From: Patescibacteria group bacterium
GTDB taxonomy: Bacteria; Patescibacteriota; Patescibacteriia; Buchananbacterales; UBA6539
Length of the DNA stretch: 64,000 nucleotides
Reading direction: 5' to 3'
NCBI GenBank assembly: GCA_028688055.1
Contig: JAQTYZ010000002.1
Location: forward strand, 4,256 to 68,255
Shown here: one piece after another, positions 7,401 to 15,371 of the stretch
Layout of the letters: every line of letters begins with the position of its first letter
Position numbering within the stretch: position 1 is the stretch's first letter
Made by a program: the position numbers and the translations under genes
The notes under the pieces: generated by a model
What the model saw: the letters and a program-made list of their open reading frames with translations, nothing else
Databases searched by the model: none
What the model was told of the DNA's origin: nothing

Positions 7401-8835
7401 TAGTTATGCTGGCTATTTCCAAGGCAGTACCGCCAGCGATTACGTCATTTATATCAATAATATCGGTACGACTCCGGGTATTCACGACGATTCCGGCGCC
7501 GAGTTGACCGCGGCCGGAGCCTGGAATGCTGCGCCATCGTGGAGTTGGTATAAAAATCAAACCGCCGATCAGCCCACCGATTATTTGGAAAAACTGAGAA
7601 ATTTACCGGTCCACGCCTGGCAATATAAAAATGAAGTTGTCGATGGGAGTAACCGATATCTAGGCGATTCAAACGTTCACGTTTCACCATTCTTAGACGA
7701 CTTTAATAGTGCCTTTAGCATTGGGCCGGTCAATTCCGTAAACTATCAGGACTGGATTGGTGTCACGATGGGCGCGGTCAAAGAACTGGATAGCAATGTG
7801 TTACAGGTTCAAGATTCATTAAAATCTCTGGAGAGCAAAATCGGTTTAGACCAAGCCATTAACAATCCAATAGTTAATACCCCGGTCATCACTGTAATTA
7901 ATAACCCGGATTCCGAAATCAACACCTTAGTGGTTAATCAAGCCGCCACCTTTAATGGTACGTTATATGTTGTCGGTGAGGCCGGCTTTATGCACAAAGT
8001 TACCTTTGCCGACGACATTATTGTGGGCGGCAAAATTTATGCTTCCGAAGATCAGGCCGGTACCGCTGTTGTTGACGCCAACGCGACCTCAACGGAAATC
8101 ATTTTTAATTCCGAGTATGAAACCGTGCCAAAAATTGTCGCGAGCGTCGTCGGTGAAGATGATGACATTTGGGTCAATTGGAAAATCATCGGCAAATCAA
8201 CCAAGGGCTTCCGAATCTTACTTCAGCAGCCAATGGCCACACCGATTAGTTTCGATTGGATTGCCTTGCCGGTTAAAGGTGGCACAGCCGCGCCGGTGAT
8301 AAATGATTTAATAACCTCATTGACGTCAGTCGGCGCCAATATTCCAGTTGAACTTTGGGCTCAAGCTGCCGACCCCGACACCAGCGATTCTGAATTATCA
8401 TATTCCTGGAAATTGTCACCGAATATTGGAAAAATTGACGGCCAGTCTGGTCTCGTTTACTGGACAATTCCCGCTGATCAAATGCCATCAGCCGATACTG
8501 ATGTGACCGTTACCGTGACGGTTTCTGACGGTTCCCATTCGGCAACCAAATCAGCAACCATTAAAATCCTGGTACCGGAAAATAATACCGATGTCGCCAA
8601 TGATCAGCCAGCAACAACCGACACTTCGCAAACCACTTCTGATCAACCGACCGAAACTGGAAATAACTCAACCACCACCAACCAGGCTACCGTTGCTAAT
8701 GGGTGTACCGATAATACCGCGACCAACTATGATCTAACCGCGACTGACGATGATGGTTCGTGCCAATATCCGCCGCAGCCAACCAATAACTCCGACGCTT
8801 CAACAACGTCGGCCTCAACCACCCCAAGCAATTAA
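1498..8835 (+). CDS. Giant (2445 aa) surface fibre/adhesin: N-terminal signal or anchor and YQGKL domain, repeated G(N/K)VGIG modules, S74-like chaperone, Ig/PKD-like domain, Cys-containing tail
   Basis: Hydrophobic N-terminus; LNYQGKL...LWTE...NGVFS..LG...TSTPYA domain; many GNVGIGT repeats; PSWSWYKN...LEKLRNLPVHAWQYK; VTVTVSDG; GCTDNTATNYDLTATDDDGSC. Confidence 0.85.
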   Translation: MNWLQTKIYQAAKVTMLTSVLALVAFGLQLAKFEPTIAATGINQQLNYQGKLMTVSGVQVANTNYNFRFRIYNASSGGTVLWTERWTATSTQITTVNGVFSAALGSINALSNGSIDWNSDSLYLQVDLDADNNGSWEESFATRKRLTSTPYAFNANQVNGFSATSTAAVANNIPVFDSNLTLNLFNGGVSTTRATTTALYFVPQTTAPDSQTGKLYFDSGSNYFKFYNGLTWASLGGGGAAWELFNTDSAFITPTSSKPIYVPGASRLEMINASTTNVDTLTVYGNSIYNGLSTFTDLRTTNLNASTTANFNNLFIYGLGDFTDLRSTNLNASGTPTFANIINYGTYTGNGGLSIFSDLRPSMLNASTTNVDTLRVYNSLTVPDSSIAWSKLTGIPTSTTDQLPEGATNKYYANSLARAALSASSPISYDSGTGAFSFLYNTTNNWTGLNTFTDLRSTNLNASGTPTFANIINYGTYTGNGGLSIFSDLRPSMLNASTTNVDTLRVYNSLTVPDSSIAWSKLTGIPTSTTDQLPEGATNKYYANSLARAALSASSPISYDSGTGAFSFLYNTTNNWTGLNTFTDLRSTNLNASGTPTFANIINYGTYTGNGGLSIFSDLRLANGLNASSTANFLNVTSFGTVSSTVALNTQGTGHFGNNVTIDGKVGIGATSPLANLEIYDGTASNILGLAVRSSGIAWTSTQLHLGLYDERALAADTGPAIGFIARYTASAYTHMAAIKMGKDNATSGEYGGYLSFMTRANGVGEAERMRITSAGNIGINNTAPDAKLHVTGDAKITGNASTTGWFNIGTTNPLATLGTLIGAGDLFVGRNATITNNLTVDGTTLVVQADTNRVGIGTASPYATLDVQDTIRATRAGYDNLQYIQMTGDGAGNYLVANSQATNDKVFYIDAKSNTNPAGANNQIQFRNGYTLSTKMTIDSSGNVGINNTAPDAKLHVTGDAKITGNASTTGWFNIGTTNPLTTLGALIGAGDLFVGRNATVTSNLTVDGTTLVVQADTNYVGIDTASPLSKLHINNGASGNILSVESNASAIDEYAGLTLASKDSGGALWYGSEIRNINTAGNPSFLNPRLGFFTQDYSTYLPANRTEKMSILGNGNVGIGTVSPGNKLQVVGAMDATYPDLVGQINISSNDSAAINKGGVLSFGGNYTGTTNTSWATIYGRKENSTAGDYAGYLGFVTRAVGNTGTEKMRITSAGAVGIGNTAPDAKLHVTGDAKITGNASTTGWFNIGTTNPLATLGTLIGAGDLFVGRNATVTNSFIVDAGTLFVDSGNNYVGIGTTAPDAGLTVNGSIDSILPSTNRHYYNVADYNYTAGAIVGTTIITLPKYGSSTMLQIKISGYDYSSGRGAWEIIIGGYNYSTHDWYNTSVEYKGTPPFTQVRLANNGTNDLILLGTTATSWAYPKVVVTDVMTGHSNLNNWGTGWSITNTATEPTLFNVTTLTPKMFIDTAGKVGIGNTAPASLLTLGTAGTTAGSLSLAGATSGVITLATAAAAGTYTLTLPTSAGSLNQVLTTNGSGTLSWSTGPSTQAWQKYTGLAYPTDIITPTTTNASIFISGNATTTGNITITQAANPAGNLAFSAANPVIKASSYITVPGGMYVSGGTLYAQNSLKARGGIADDQNTYLTLAGGTSGYSYFSGNVGIGQTAPAAWLEINGGATTNDLFKIATTSNSAIVFVDKSGNFGIGTTTFFNSPENGNPKLVVDGGLTGDGGIMLNSAQGRSAYLEFANGAKSEWYISSRNTLMAGDNHQLNFDTYVNGGPTNVLSLMQSGNIGFGTTSPIYNTVTHLSSSAANPNDRRANWTRVDLSGSISSNISNYGQYIYLSNTGGATGGLIANSYYGGKSEVINSGATTPTDASWGPALANYGYYGHAQSTGTANAGSGGSNNRSNYGVYGLADGNTNGSTSNYGVYGDASTGDLNYGVYARTWGAAGQTGYGLYAMDNASAGTSYAGYFQGSTASDYVIYINNIGTTPGIHDDSGAELTAAGAWNAAPSWSWYKNQTADQPTDYLEKLRNLPVHAWQYKNEVVDGSNRYLGDSNVHVSPFLDDFNSAFSIGPVNSVNYQDWIGVTMGAVKELDSNVLQVQDSLKSLESKIGLDQAINNPIVNTPVITVINNPDSEINTLVVNQAATFNGTLYVVGEAGFMHKVTFADDIIVGGKIYASEDQAGTAVVDANATSTEIIFNSEYETVPKIVASVVGEDDDIWVNWKIIGKSTKGFRILLQQPMATPISFDWIALPVKGGTAAPVINDLITSLTSVGANIPVELWAQAADPDTSDSELSYSWKLSPNIGKIDGQSGLVYWTIPADQMPSADTDVTVTVTVSDGSHSATKSATIKILVPENNTDVANDQPATTDTSQTTSDQPTETGNNSTTTNQATVANGCTDNTATNYDLTATDDDGSCQYPPQPTNNSDASTTSASTTPSN
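2460..3356 (+). repeat. Exact in-frame 390-bp tandem repeat, about 2.3 copies
   Basis: Units start TTCACCGACCTGCG at 2461, 2851 and 3241; the 130-aa unit is identical in the translation. Confidence 0.95.
3820..5400 (+). repeat. Three dispersed copies of a constant spacer (NTAPDAKLHVTGDAKITGNASTTGWFNIGTTNPL...GDLFVGRNAT)
   Basis: Copies at about 3840, 4340 and 5165; 3874-3992 equals 5197-5315; 4345-4391 equals 5167-5213. Confidence 0.9.
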
Positions 8836-8842
8836 CTGAACA

Positions 8843-11299
8843 ATGTTAATGTTTGTTTTCCTAAAAAAATTGTTAGCCCAAATTGAAGACCTGCCAATCA
8901 AGCCCTGGCAACTATTGGCCTGGTGGTATTTTATTACTATTATCAGAACCCTCCTTGAAGCTTTCACCGACAGTGGGGGGCATTTAAGCGGCTTCCAGCC
9001 ATTTTTTCTTCAATATCCTGCCTACTACGCCGTGGCCTTCATGGGCATAATTATTATTTTAAAATTAATTACCAATGAAAAAATAGAAAAAATCGCCAAA
9101 GTCTTTTTTCTTTTTTCTTTCTTTATTTTTATTGGCCCAACTGTTGACGCGTTGTTATCAGCCTCAAATAATATAAGCTACATCAGCGTTGACAACTGGC
9201 CACTGATATTAAAATCGTATCTCACCATTGGCCTGGGTGGTATTTTTTTCCAAGGGACCACTAGTGGTATCAAATTCGAATTAATATTTGCCCTGCTATC
9301 AATTTTTCTTTACCTGAAATTGAAAGGTGTCACAATTATAAAATCACTGCTTGGCATTAGTAGCATCTATTTTTTTATTATTTCAACTTTTTTAATCACC
9401 ACCTACATTAAATTTTTTTATCTCTATTTTGGGCTTACCTTTAATTTTACCTCCCAATTTATTGGTTTATTTTGGACCATAATAACTACCATCAATACTT
9501 TAATATTTTTTTATTTATGGGATAAGACTAAATTAAAAAACTGGTTTTATGGCCTCGACTGGTTTCGTACGACCTTGGTCTGGCTGGTGATGACGTGGGG
9601 GATCGTTATCTATTTCAACCAAAGGTTCGACCCAGCACTTTGGCAATCTGATTGGCCAGCCGTCATTCTAAAAATGCTCGCCGTGACGATGGTCGGTTTT
9701 CTCATTTGGCAAATTATTAGACTAATCAACGATTTTGTCGATTTTGACTTTGATCATTATTCACAGTCGCCCAATTTATTAAACCAACTGCCAAAATCAG
9801 ATTTAATTACCGTCCTAATATTTTATTTAATTTTCTTTTTATTTTTGGCGCTGCAAATAAATTATACTTTTTTTGTCCTGCTGTTAATCTATATCCTCAT
9901 CGGCTATTTTTACAGCTGTAAACCAATATTTTTAAAACGCCATTTTATTTCAACCGCGGTTGCTTTAAGCCTAAATTATCTCCTCGCTTTTTGGGCCGGC
10001 TATGCGGCTTTTTTTACCACCGCTGACTCCCTAAATTTAGTGCCAAGAAACATCAGCCTGCTAATATTTCTCACCTTTGTCGCCGTGATCGGTTTTAAAG
10101 ACGTCAAAGATGAATTAAGTGACAAGCAACAAGGAGTAGTCACCTTGGTCACTCGCTACGGAGTTAATTGGGCCGCCAAAATTATTAGCTTAATGATTAT
10201 TTTAGTAATTCTTTTGGGCGGCTGGCTGTGGCACAGTTGGCCCTTATTAATCTTCGCGTTAATTGCCTTCGCCGCCGCTTATTATTTGACTAACGGTTTT
10301 ACAATTTTTAAAAATAAAATTGCGTTGGCTATTACTCTAATTTTATTTTCAATTGCCGCGCCCATCGTCGTTAGTTTTAATAAACCACTTCAAGCCTCAA
10401 TTGGTGCCATCAATTTAAAAAATGACGCCGGTTGGCATCCAACGGCCAATCAAGAAGCGTGGGATATTTCAAGCCTCTTAACCGATCAAAACGGCGATCG
10501 CTACTTTTTTTCCCAGAACTACTCGCTGTTAAACGGATCAACTCTAACTTTAATTGATTTACAGACTAAACAATATTACAAAGAATATTTTCCTGATGAG
10601 GGTTTCACGGCCATTACTAAAAATATCTTAGCAATCAACCAATATATTCCGGGCTACCATGGCAGCAATGTGTTTTATGACAATAACCGCGGCCCTTATA
10701 TTTTAAAAACCTATTTTGCCGATGGTTTACTTGAATTGACTGCCAAGGAAAAATCTAATGGCAATTTAATGGCGGCCACACCTAATGGCGTACTGAGTTT
10801 AAAAAATGGGGGAATGATTAATCAGTATTCACAACCAAATTTGGTAGCCAAAGGCCGCTTAATTTTTACCGGCCAAAAAATTATTAACATTTCTGGCCCA
10901 TTTTGGTTAGAACATCGTTGGGGTAATTTTACCGCTGACTGGCGCCAATTAAATTTAATCACCATTAATCTCGACGATGAGACAAAAATAATGATTGCTT
11001 ACCTGGGTTATGACAACGGCAGCCTGGCTTACGGTGGCCTTTTAAAAAATAACGAACTACAAAATTTTAGTCAGCTAACAATCCGGGTCGATCAAGACTG
11101 GCAAAGTCCAACCACCAACCAAAAGTGGCCAATCAAATTGAATTTAGCCAATCGCAATATTAATCTCGAGCTAGAAGCCATTTTACCAAATCAAGAAGCT
11201 CCCCAAAATACTTGGTCGGGACCAATGACGGTAACAGGCGAAGTTAATGGACAGCCAGTTGCTGGTTGGGCAAATTTTAGTGAGCTACGCCCCGACTAA
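8843..11299 (+). CDS. Polytopic membrane protein: UbiA-family prenyltransferase fused to a C-terminal AttH/CrtC-lipocalin-like domain
   Basis: UbiA Asp-rich motifs INDFVDFDFD and KDVKDELSDKQQGVVTL, YS..P; C-terminal WLEHRWG, WQSPTT..WP, LPNQE..WSG....G..NG.PVAG. Confidence 0.75.
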   Translation: MLMFVFLKKLLAQIEDLPIKPWQLLAWWYFITIIRTLLEAFTDSGGHLSGFQPFFLQYPAYYAVAFMGIIIILKLITNEKIEKIAKVFFLFSFFIFIGPTVDALLSASNNISYISVDNWPLILKSYLTIGLGGIFFQGTTSGIKFELIFALLSIFLYLKLKGVTIIKSLLGISSIYFFIISTFLITTYIKFFYLYFGLTFNFTSQFIGLFWTIITTINTLIFFYLWDKTKLKNWFYGLDWFRTTLVWLVMTWGIVIYFNQRFDPALWQSDWPAVILKMLAVTMVGFLIWQIIRLINDFVDFDFDHYSQSPNLLNQLPKSDLITVLIFYLIFFLFLALQINYTFFVLLLIYILIGYFYSCKPIFLKRHFISTAVALSLNYLLAFWAGYAAFFTTADSLNLVPRNISLLIFLTFVAVIGFKDVKDELSDKQQGVVTLVTRYGVNWAAKIISLMIILVILLGGWLWHSWPLLIFALIAFAAAYYLTNGFTIFKNKIALAITLILFSIAAPIVVSFNKPLQASIGAINLKNDAGWHPTANQEAWDISSLLTDQNGDRYFFSQNYSLLNGSTLTLIDLQTKQYYKEYFPDEGFTAITKNILAINQYIPGYHGSNVFYDNNRGPYILKTYFADGLLELTAKEKSNGNLMAATPNGVLSLKNGGMINQYSQPNLVAKGRLIFTGQKIINISGPFWLEHRWGNFTADWRQLNLITINLDDETKIMIAYLGYDNGSLAYGGLLKNNELQNFSQLTIRVDQDWQSPTTNQKWPIKLNLANRNINLELEAILPNQEAPQNTWSGPMTVTGEVNGQPVAGWANFSELRPD

Positions 11300-11657
11300 A
11301 TTAGGGTCAAAACTTTACTAATTACAGTACTGATAAACAGTAATTTATTTATTTTAATGACCATATTTGAAAACAAAAAAATAAACAAAATTCAGTCCCA
11401 AGACCTTGTCCAGCCCATTCAAACAACTGCAATTGCTTTTGTGGTAATTACGACTTGTCGCGACTAAATTTAAAAACTGTTTTAATAGTGGAAACTTTTT
11501 ATATCAGCTTCGACTGTCAAACCAAACAAGAAATTATTACTAAATATTCTATATCAATATATTATTTCTTTCATACTACTGTCTTGCGGCTATAAACTTC
11601 TTTATACCGGTGACAGAAATTATGTTTATAAGGTGAAATAACTTATAAAAAATAAAT

Positions 11658-12629
11658 ATGCCAGCCAAAGAACCGTTATATTTTTTTCTTCACATTCCTA
11701 AAACCGGCGGAACAACAATTAATCAAGCACTGGCCTCAACCTATAAAAATGGCGAGTTCATTTTTTTACCATCAAATATTTTAGACGAAAAAGCAAGCAG
11801 AAAATCCATTAAAAATTATTTACTAAACATTCCAGTGGCTAAAAAAAATCTAATTAAAGTGATTGCTGGTCATGATGTTTATTACGGTTTACATAATATT
11901 TTTCCCAACCGCGAACCACGCTATATTGCTTGTTTTCGCCACCCAGTTGATTTAACAATATCTAGCTACAATTATTATTTAACCATTACTAATAAAAAAG
12001 ACTGCAATCCAACAAATATTGCAAAACAACCCATTAATGATATTAAAATACTAAATTTTCAAGACGTCTTAACAAAGTATGAGGAACTCCATAATTTAAC
12101 TTTTAAATTTCTCGCTGATCGCCTGCTCGATAATAAACGTTTAAATAAACACCTAAATCTAAAGGATGTAGACTATATTAATACAAAAAATAATGATTTT
12201 ATTTTAAAAAAAATTAAAAATATATTGTCGCATTTTTATTTTTTAGGTATAACGGAAAAATCGCAAGATGATTTTTTATTTATTGCTGATAAATTTGGCA
12301 TAACTAAGTACATGCCAAAAGATAATATTTCAACAAAATTTTTTAATCTTAGCACCAATCCAACAATTAAAAATGCCATCGAACAATATAATCTCTTAGA
12401 TCAAAATTTATACGACTATGCAGTGCAAGTTAATAATAGTTATAAAAAAAATAATCAAAATTTTAATTTAAGGGTGAAAAAAATAAATAATATGTTTACT
12501 CTGGGGTTGATTATGGATATGTTTAAAATAACGCATTATCCTCAAAATATCTATCGCTTTTCTGATTGGCTCAAACAAAAATCTAACTTGTATAAAAAAA
12601 TATTAGCATACTTTAAAAATTTACATTAA
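11658..12629 (+). CDS. Sulfotransferase family protein
   Basis: FLHIPKTGGTT (5'-PSB), RHPVDLTISSYNY (3'-PB), N.LD..LY. Confidence 0.85.
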   Translation: MPAKEPLYFFLHIPKTGGTTINQALASTYKNGEFIFLPSNILDEKASRKSIKNYLLNIPVAKKNLIKVIAGHDVYYGLHNIFPNREPRYIACFRHPVDLTISSYNYYLTITNKKDCNPTNIAKQPINDIKILNFQDVLTKYEELHNLTFKFLADRLLDNKRLNKHLNLKDVDYINTKNNDFILKKIKNILSHFYFLGITEKSQDDFLFIADKFGITKYMPKDNISTKFFNLSTNPTIKNAIEQYNLLDQNLYDYAVQVNNSYKKNNQNFNLRVKKINNMFTLGLIMDMFKITHYPQNIYRFSDWLKQKSNLYKKILAYFKNLH

Positions 12630-13336
12630 TGATTTTTGACTAGACGTAAATTATTTTTTACCTCCAATGTCATTTCTCGTATTGTTTTTATTTCAAAATT
12701 TTCTATCAGTAATAATTCATATATTTTTTTCAAATACTCACTTGGCCAAGGACAATATCCTTCATTATCGAGGCCATGTGCTCTCAAAATTAACCAACTA
12801 TTAGCTGGCAGCTGGCTTATTTTTTTCAAGGCCTTTTCTATTGTTAATCTGCCCTCAAATGGGTCAAAAGAAATCAGTTCTAAAAGGTCAATTTTTTCTA
12901 ATGAATTATAAATATATTTACCATCACATAGTCTGATAGAGTCGTAGGGTGGATTGTCTGGAGATTTAATGCCGTAAGGCATAGCCAATGAATAAGGACC
13001 AGGATGAAACTGTTGGATATATTTTAACGATTCAATATAACCGTCTGGGCCATCACTGCTTGGCCCAGCATGGCAGACAGTATGAGAACTTATTTCATGA
13101 CCTAGATTAGACAGCTTCTTCCATTGCTCAAAGTCTCCGTGATCTAAGCCGATATTACATTTGTCATTAATCTTTATAGGATTTGGTTTTAGCCATCCAG
13201 TCACAATATAAAATATTGCTTTATTGGGATAGATAATGTCGTTTACTTTATTGGCGCTATTTATAAGGCCATCATCAAAGGTAAATGACACGTAACGATT
13301 AATTATCTTTTTGGGTTTGTAAAAAAAATTAAACAT
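12626..13336 (-). CDS. Polysaccharide deacetylase (CE4/NodB-like)
   Basis: SFTFDDG, GHEISSHTVCH, MPYG, LRAH motifs. Confidence 0.85.
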   Translation of the reverse strand: MFNFFYKPKKIINRYVSFTFDDGLINSANKVNDIIYPNKAIFYIVTGWLKPNPIKINDKCNIGLDHGDFEQWKKLSNLGHEISSHTVCHAGPSSDGPDGYIESLKYIQQFHPGPYSLAMPYGIKSPDNPPYDSIRLCDGKYIYNSLEKIDLLELISFDPFEGRLTIEKALKKISQLPANSWLILRAHGLDNEGYCPWPSEYLKKIYELLLIENFEIKTIREMTLEVKNNLRLVKNH

Positions 13337-13342
13337 AAGTTA

Positions 13343-14353
13343 TTACAGGATATTTTGCAAGTATTTTAATTGTCTATAAAGTTTAATTTTTGTTCCTACC
13401 AGTAATGAGATGTCACCTTTCAGGAAAAAGATCAATTCTAATGGTAAAAAAAACAGTTCTTTCAAGATAAATACCATATCATAAAATGGCAAATCAACGC
13501 CTAGGTTTCTTTTTAGGGTACATTCAGACAAATAAGATAAATTATACATTTTTACGGATGATTTAATGCTTTTTTGATTATAGCTTCCATTAAATTCTCG
13601 ATGGGTATCTGGAACTCGGTGGTGTTTAATTGATACTTGATCTATGAAGTATGGGAAGTGCGGCCAGAGAGTTTCAATTTGCCGAATCAGATCAGTATCA
13701 TCGTGAGAAAAAATAATTTGCTGGTTGAAGTGGACGTAGTCAAAAATCTTTTTTTTGATTGACAAATTCCCGGCCGCTATTGTTCCTGCAATTGGCTGAT
13801 TAGTGACTAAGTTTTGTTTAAGAACTGTGTCATATATTTGCCCCTGACCTAAAAAGAAACTGCCATTAGCATATTTATGATAAAGGCGACTTAGCCATTC
13901 AGGATCAACTTCACAATCATCATCAATAAAAATTAAGAGTTCTCCGGTAGCCATTTTGATTCCTTTATTCCGGCCAGCGGATATGCTTATTATTTTCTCC
14001 TGAAAAACTTTTAATAATTTATTATTTTGGGCATATTGTTGTAAATATATATAAGTTCCATCATTTGAATTATTATCAATAATAATTATTTCATAAGGTA
14101 AGGTATCAAATTGAAGATGTTCTAGGCTGGCCAAAGCATATTTTTTAAGGGCATTCAGACGATTTCTAGTGGTGATTATAATTGAAATCTTATTAATTTG
14201 ATCTCCAATAATTTCAGTGGTGGTTTTTTTTATTATATCGACGGGTAATGTTTTTTTATTATATTTTTTATTCAATCCCTCATATATTTTAAATGGAAAA
14301 TAATAAATATAATTCTTTATTTTTTTTGGCATCAATTGCAACAGATACTTCAT
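13343..14353 (-). CDS. Glycosyltransferase family 2
   Basis: ISIIITTRNR, IDNNSNDGT, FIDDD. Confidence 0.9.
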   Translation of the reverse strand: MKYLLQLMPKKIKNYIYYFPFKIYEGLNKKYNKKTLPVDIIKKTTTEIIGDQINKISIIITTRNRLNALKKYALASLEHLQFDTLPYEIIIIDNNSNDGTYIYLQQYAQNNKLLKVFQEKIISISAGRNKGIKMATGELLIFIDDDCEVDPEWLSRLYHKYANGSFFLGQGQIYDTVLKQNLVTNQPIAGTIAAGNLSIKKKIFDYVHFNQQIIFSHDDTDLIRQIETLWPHFPYFIDQVSIKHHRVPDTHREFNGSYNQKSIKSSVKMYNLSYLSECTLKRNLGVDLPFYDMVFILKELFFLPLELIFFLKGDISLLVGTKIKLYRQLKYLQNIL

Positions 14354-15369
14354 GATTTTTGGCTTAATTTAAATATTTCTTTGTCTGATATTTTTCTCGT
14401 TGCCTGGATGTTTTTTCTCAACTTCAAAGTCTTTGATAAATTATGTAAATTCCAATAAAAAGCCATGAACGGGATGGGCAAAAATTTAATTCGTTTGATA
14501 AAATAATTTTTGTTTTTGAATAATGGCACTAGCTTGCCATTCTCTATTTTTCTATTTAATAAATATCCGCCAGGATATAGGATAAAATAATCCAATATAA
14601 TAATCGGCAGCGCTTTAACGATATTTTTAAATTCGTAATTTTTTAAAATTGTATAAAGTGAATTTCGACGACAAAGATATATTTTTTTAAACTGATAATT
14701 GCCCCAGGTAGCACTACCTTTATGATAAACTACGGCACTAGGCTCAAAGATAATCTTATAACCCAATAAATTTGCCCGGTAACCCCAATCCAAATCTTCA
14801 AAATATGAATAATAGTTTTCATCTAGTAACCCGACATTTCGAAATGACTCCCTTTTTATTAGTGTGGACCCCCAACAGCTTGCCAAGATATCTTTCTGAA
14901 AATTATTTACCTCCGCTTTGTTCCGATTGAAATTTATATCCAGCCCATAACCAGAAAAAGTAAATCTTCCACCCTGGCTATTGATTATGTTCGGATGATC
15001 ATAAAAGAGCATATTAGAGGCCACGGCTACTATCTTCCCATCAGATTTAATAGCGGTTACAAGATTTTTCAGCCAAGCCTTATCAACCCTAATATCATTA
15101 TTTAAAATAGCTATATAATCAGGATTATATTTATCCAAAGAATAATTAATCCCATAATTTACCACCTTAGCAAAGCCCAAATTATTTTTTAAAGCTACAA
15201 CCTCTATTGCGGGAAATTTATTTTTTATAAAAACAATACTACCATCTGTCGAACAATCATCTATTACTATAATTTTTATATTGTGATAAGTTTGGCTTAT
15301 TAAAGAAGACAGGCATTCTTGAAGATGGCCTTCCCCATTAAAATTAACTACTAGAACAATAGTTTCCAT
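14350..15369 (-). CDS. Glycosyltransferase family 2 (rhamnosyltransferase-like)
   Basis: VVNFNG, DDCSTDGS, NLGFA, LNND, YFEDLDW.YR. Confidence 0.9.
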   Translation of the reverse strand: METIVLVVNFNGEGHLQECLSSLISQTYHNIKIIVIDDCSTDGSIVFIKNKFPAIEVVALKNNLGFAKVVNYGINYSLDKYNPDYIAILNNDIRVDKAWLKNLVTAIKSDGKIVAVASNMLFYDHPNIINSQGGRFTFSGYGLDINFNRNKAEVNNFQKDILASCWGSTLIKRESFRNVGLLDENYYSYFEDLDWGYRANLLGYKIIFEPSAVVYHKGSATWGNYQFKKIYLCRRNSLYTILKNYEFKNIVKALPIIILDYFILYPGGYLLNRKIENGKLVPLFKNKNYFIKRIKFLPIPFMAFYWNLHNLSKTLKLRKNIQATRKISDKEIFKLSQKS

Positions 15370-15371
15370 AG

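Noticed and set aside
1770-8488. Many short antisense and alternative-frame ORFs inside the fibre gene
   Set aside because: Shadow ORFs of a Gly/Thr/Ala/Asn-biased gene with no recognisable motifs.
478-8835. Prophage (excisionase plus tail-fibre-like gene)
   Set aside because: No integrase, terminase, capsid, portal or att-like repeats are visible; the fibre has a signal/anchor and cellular neighbours.
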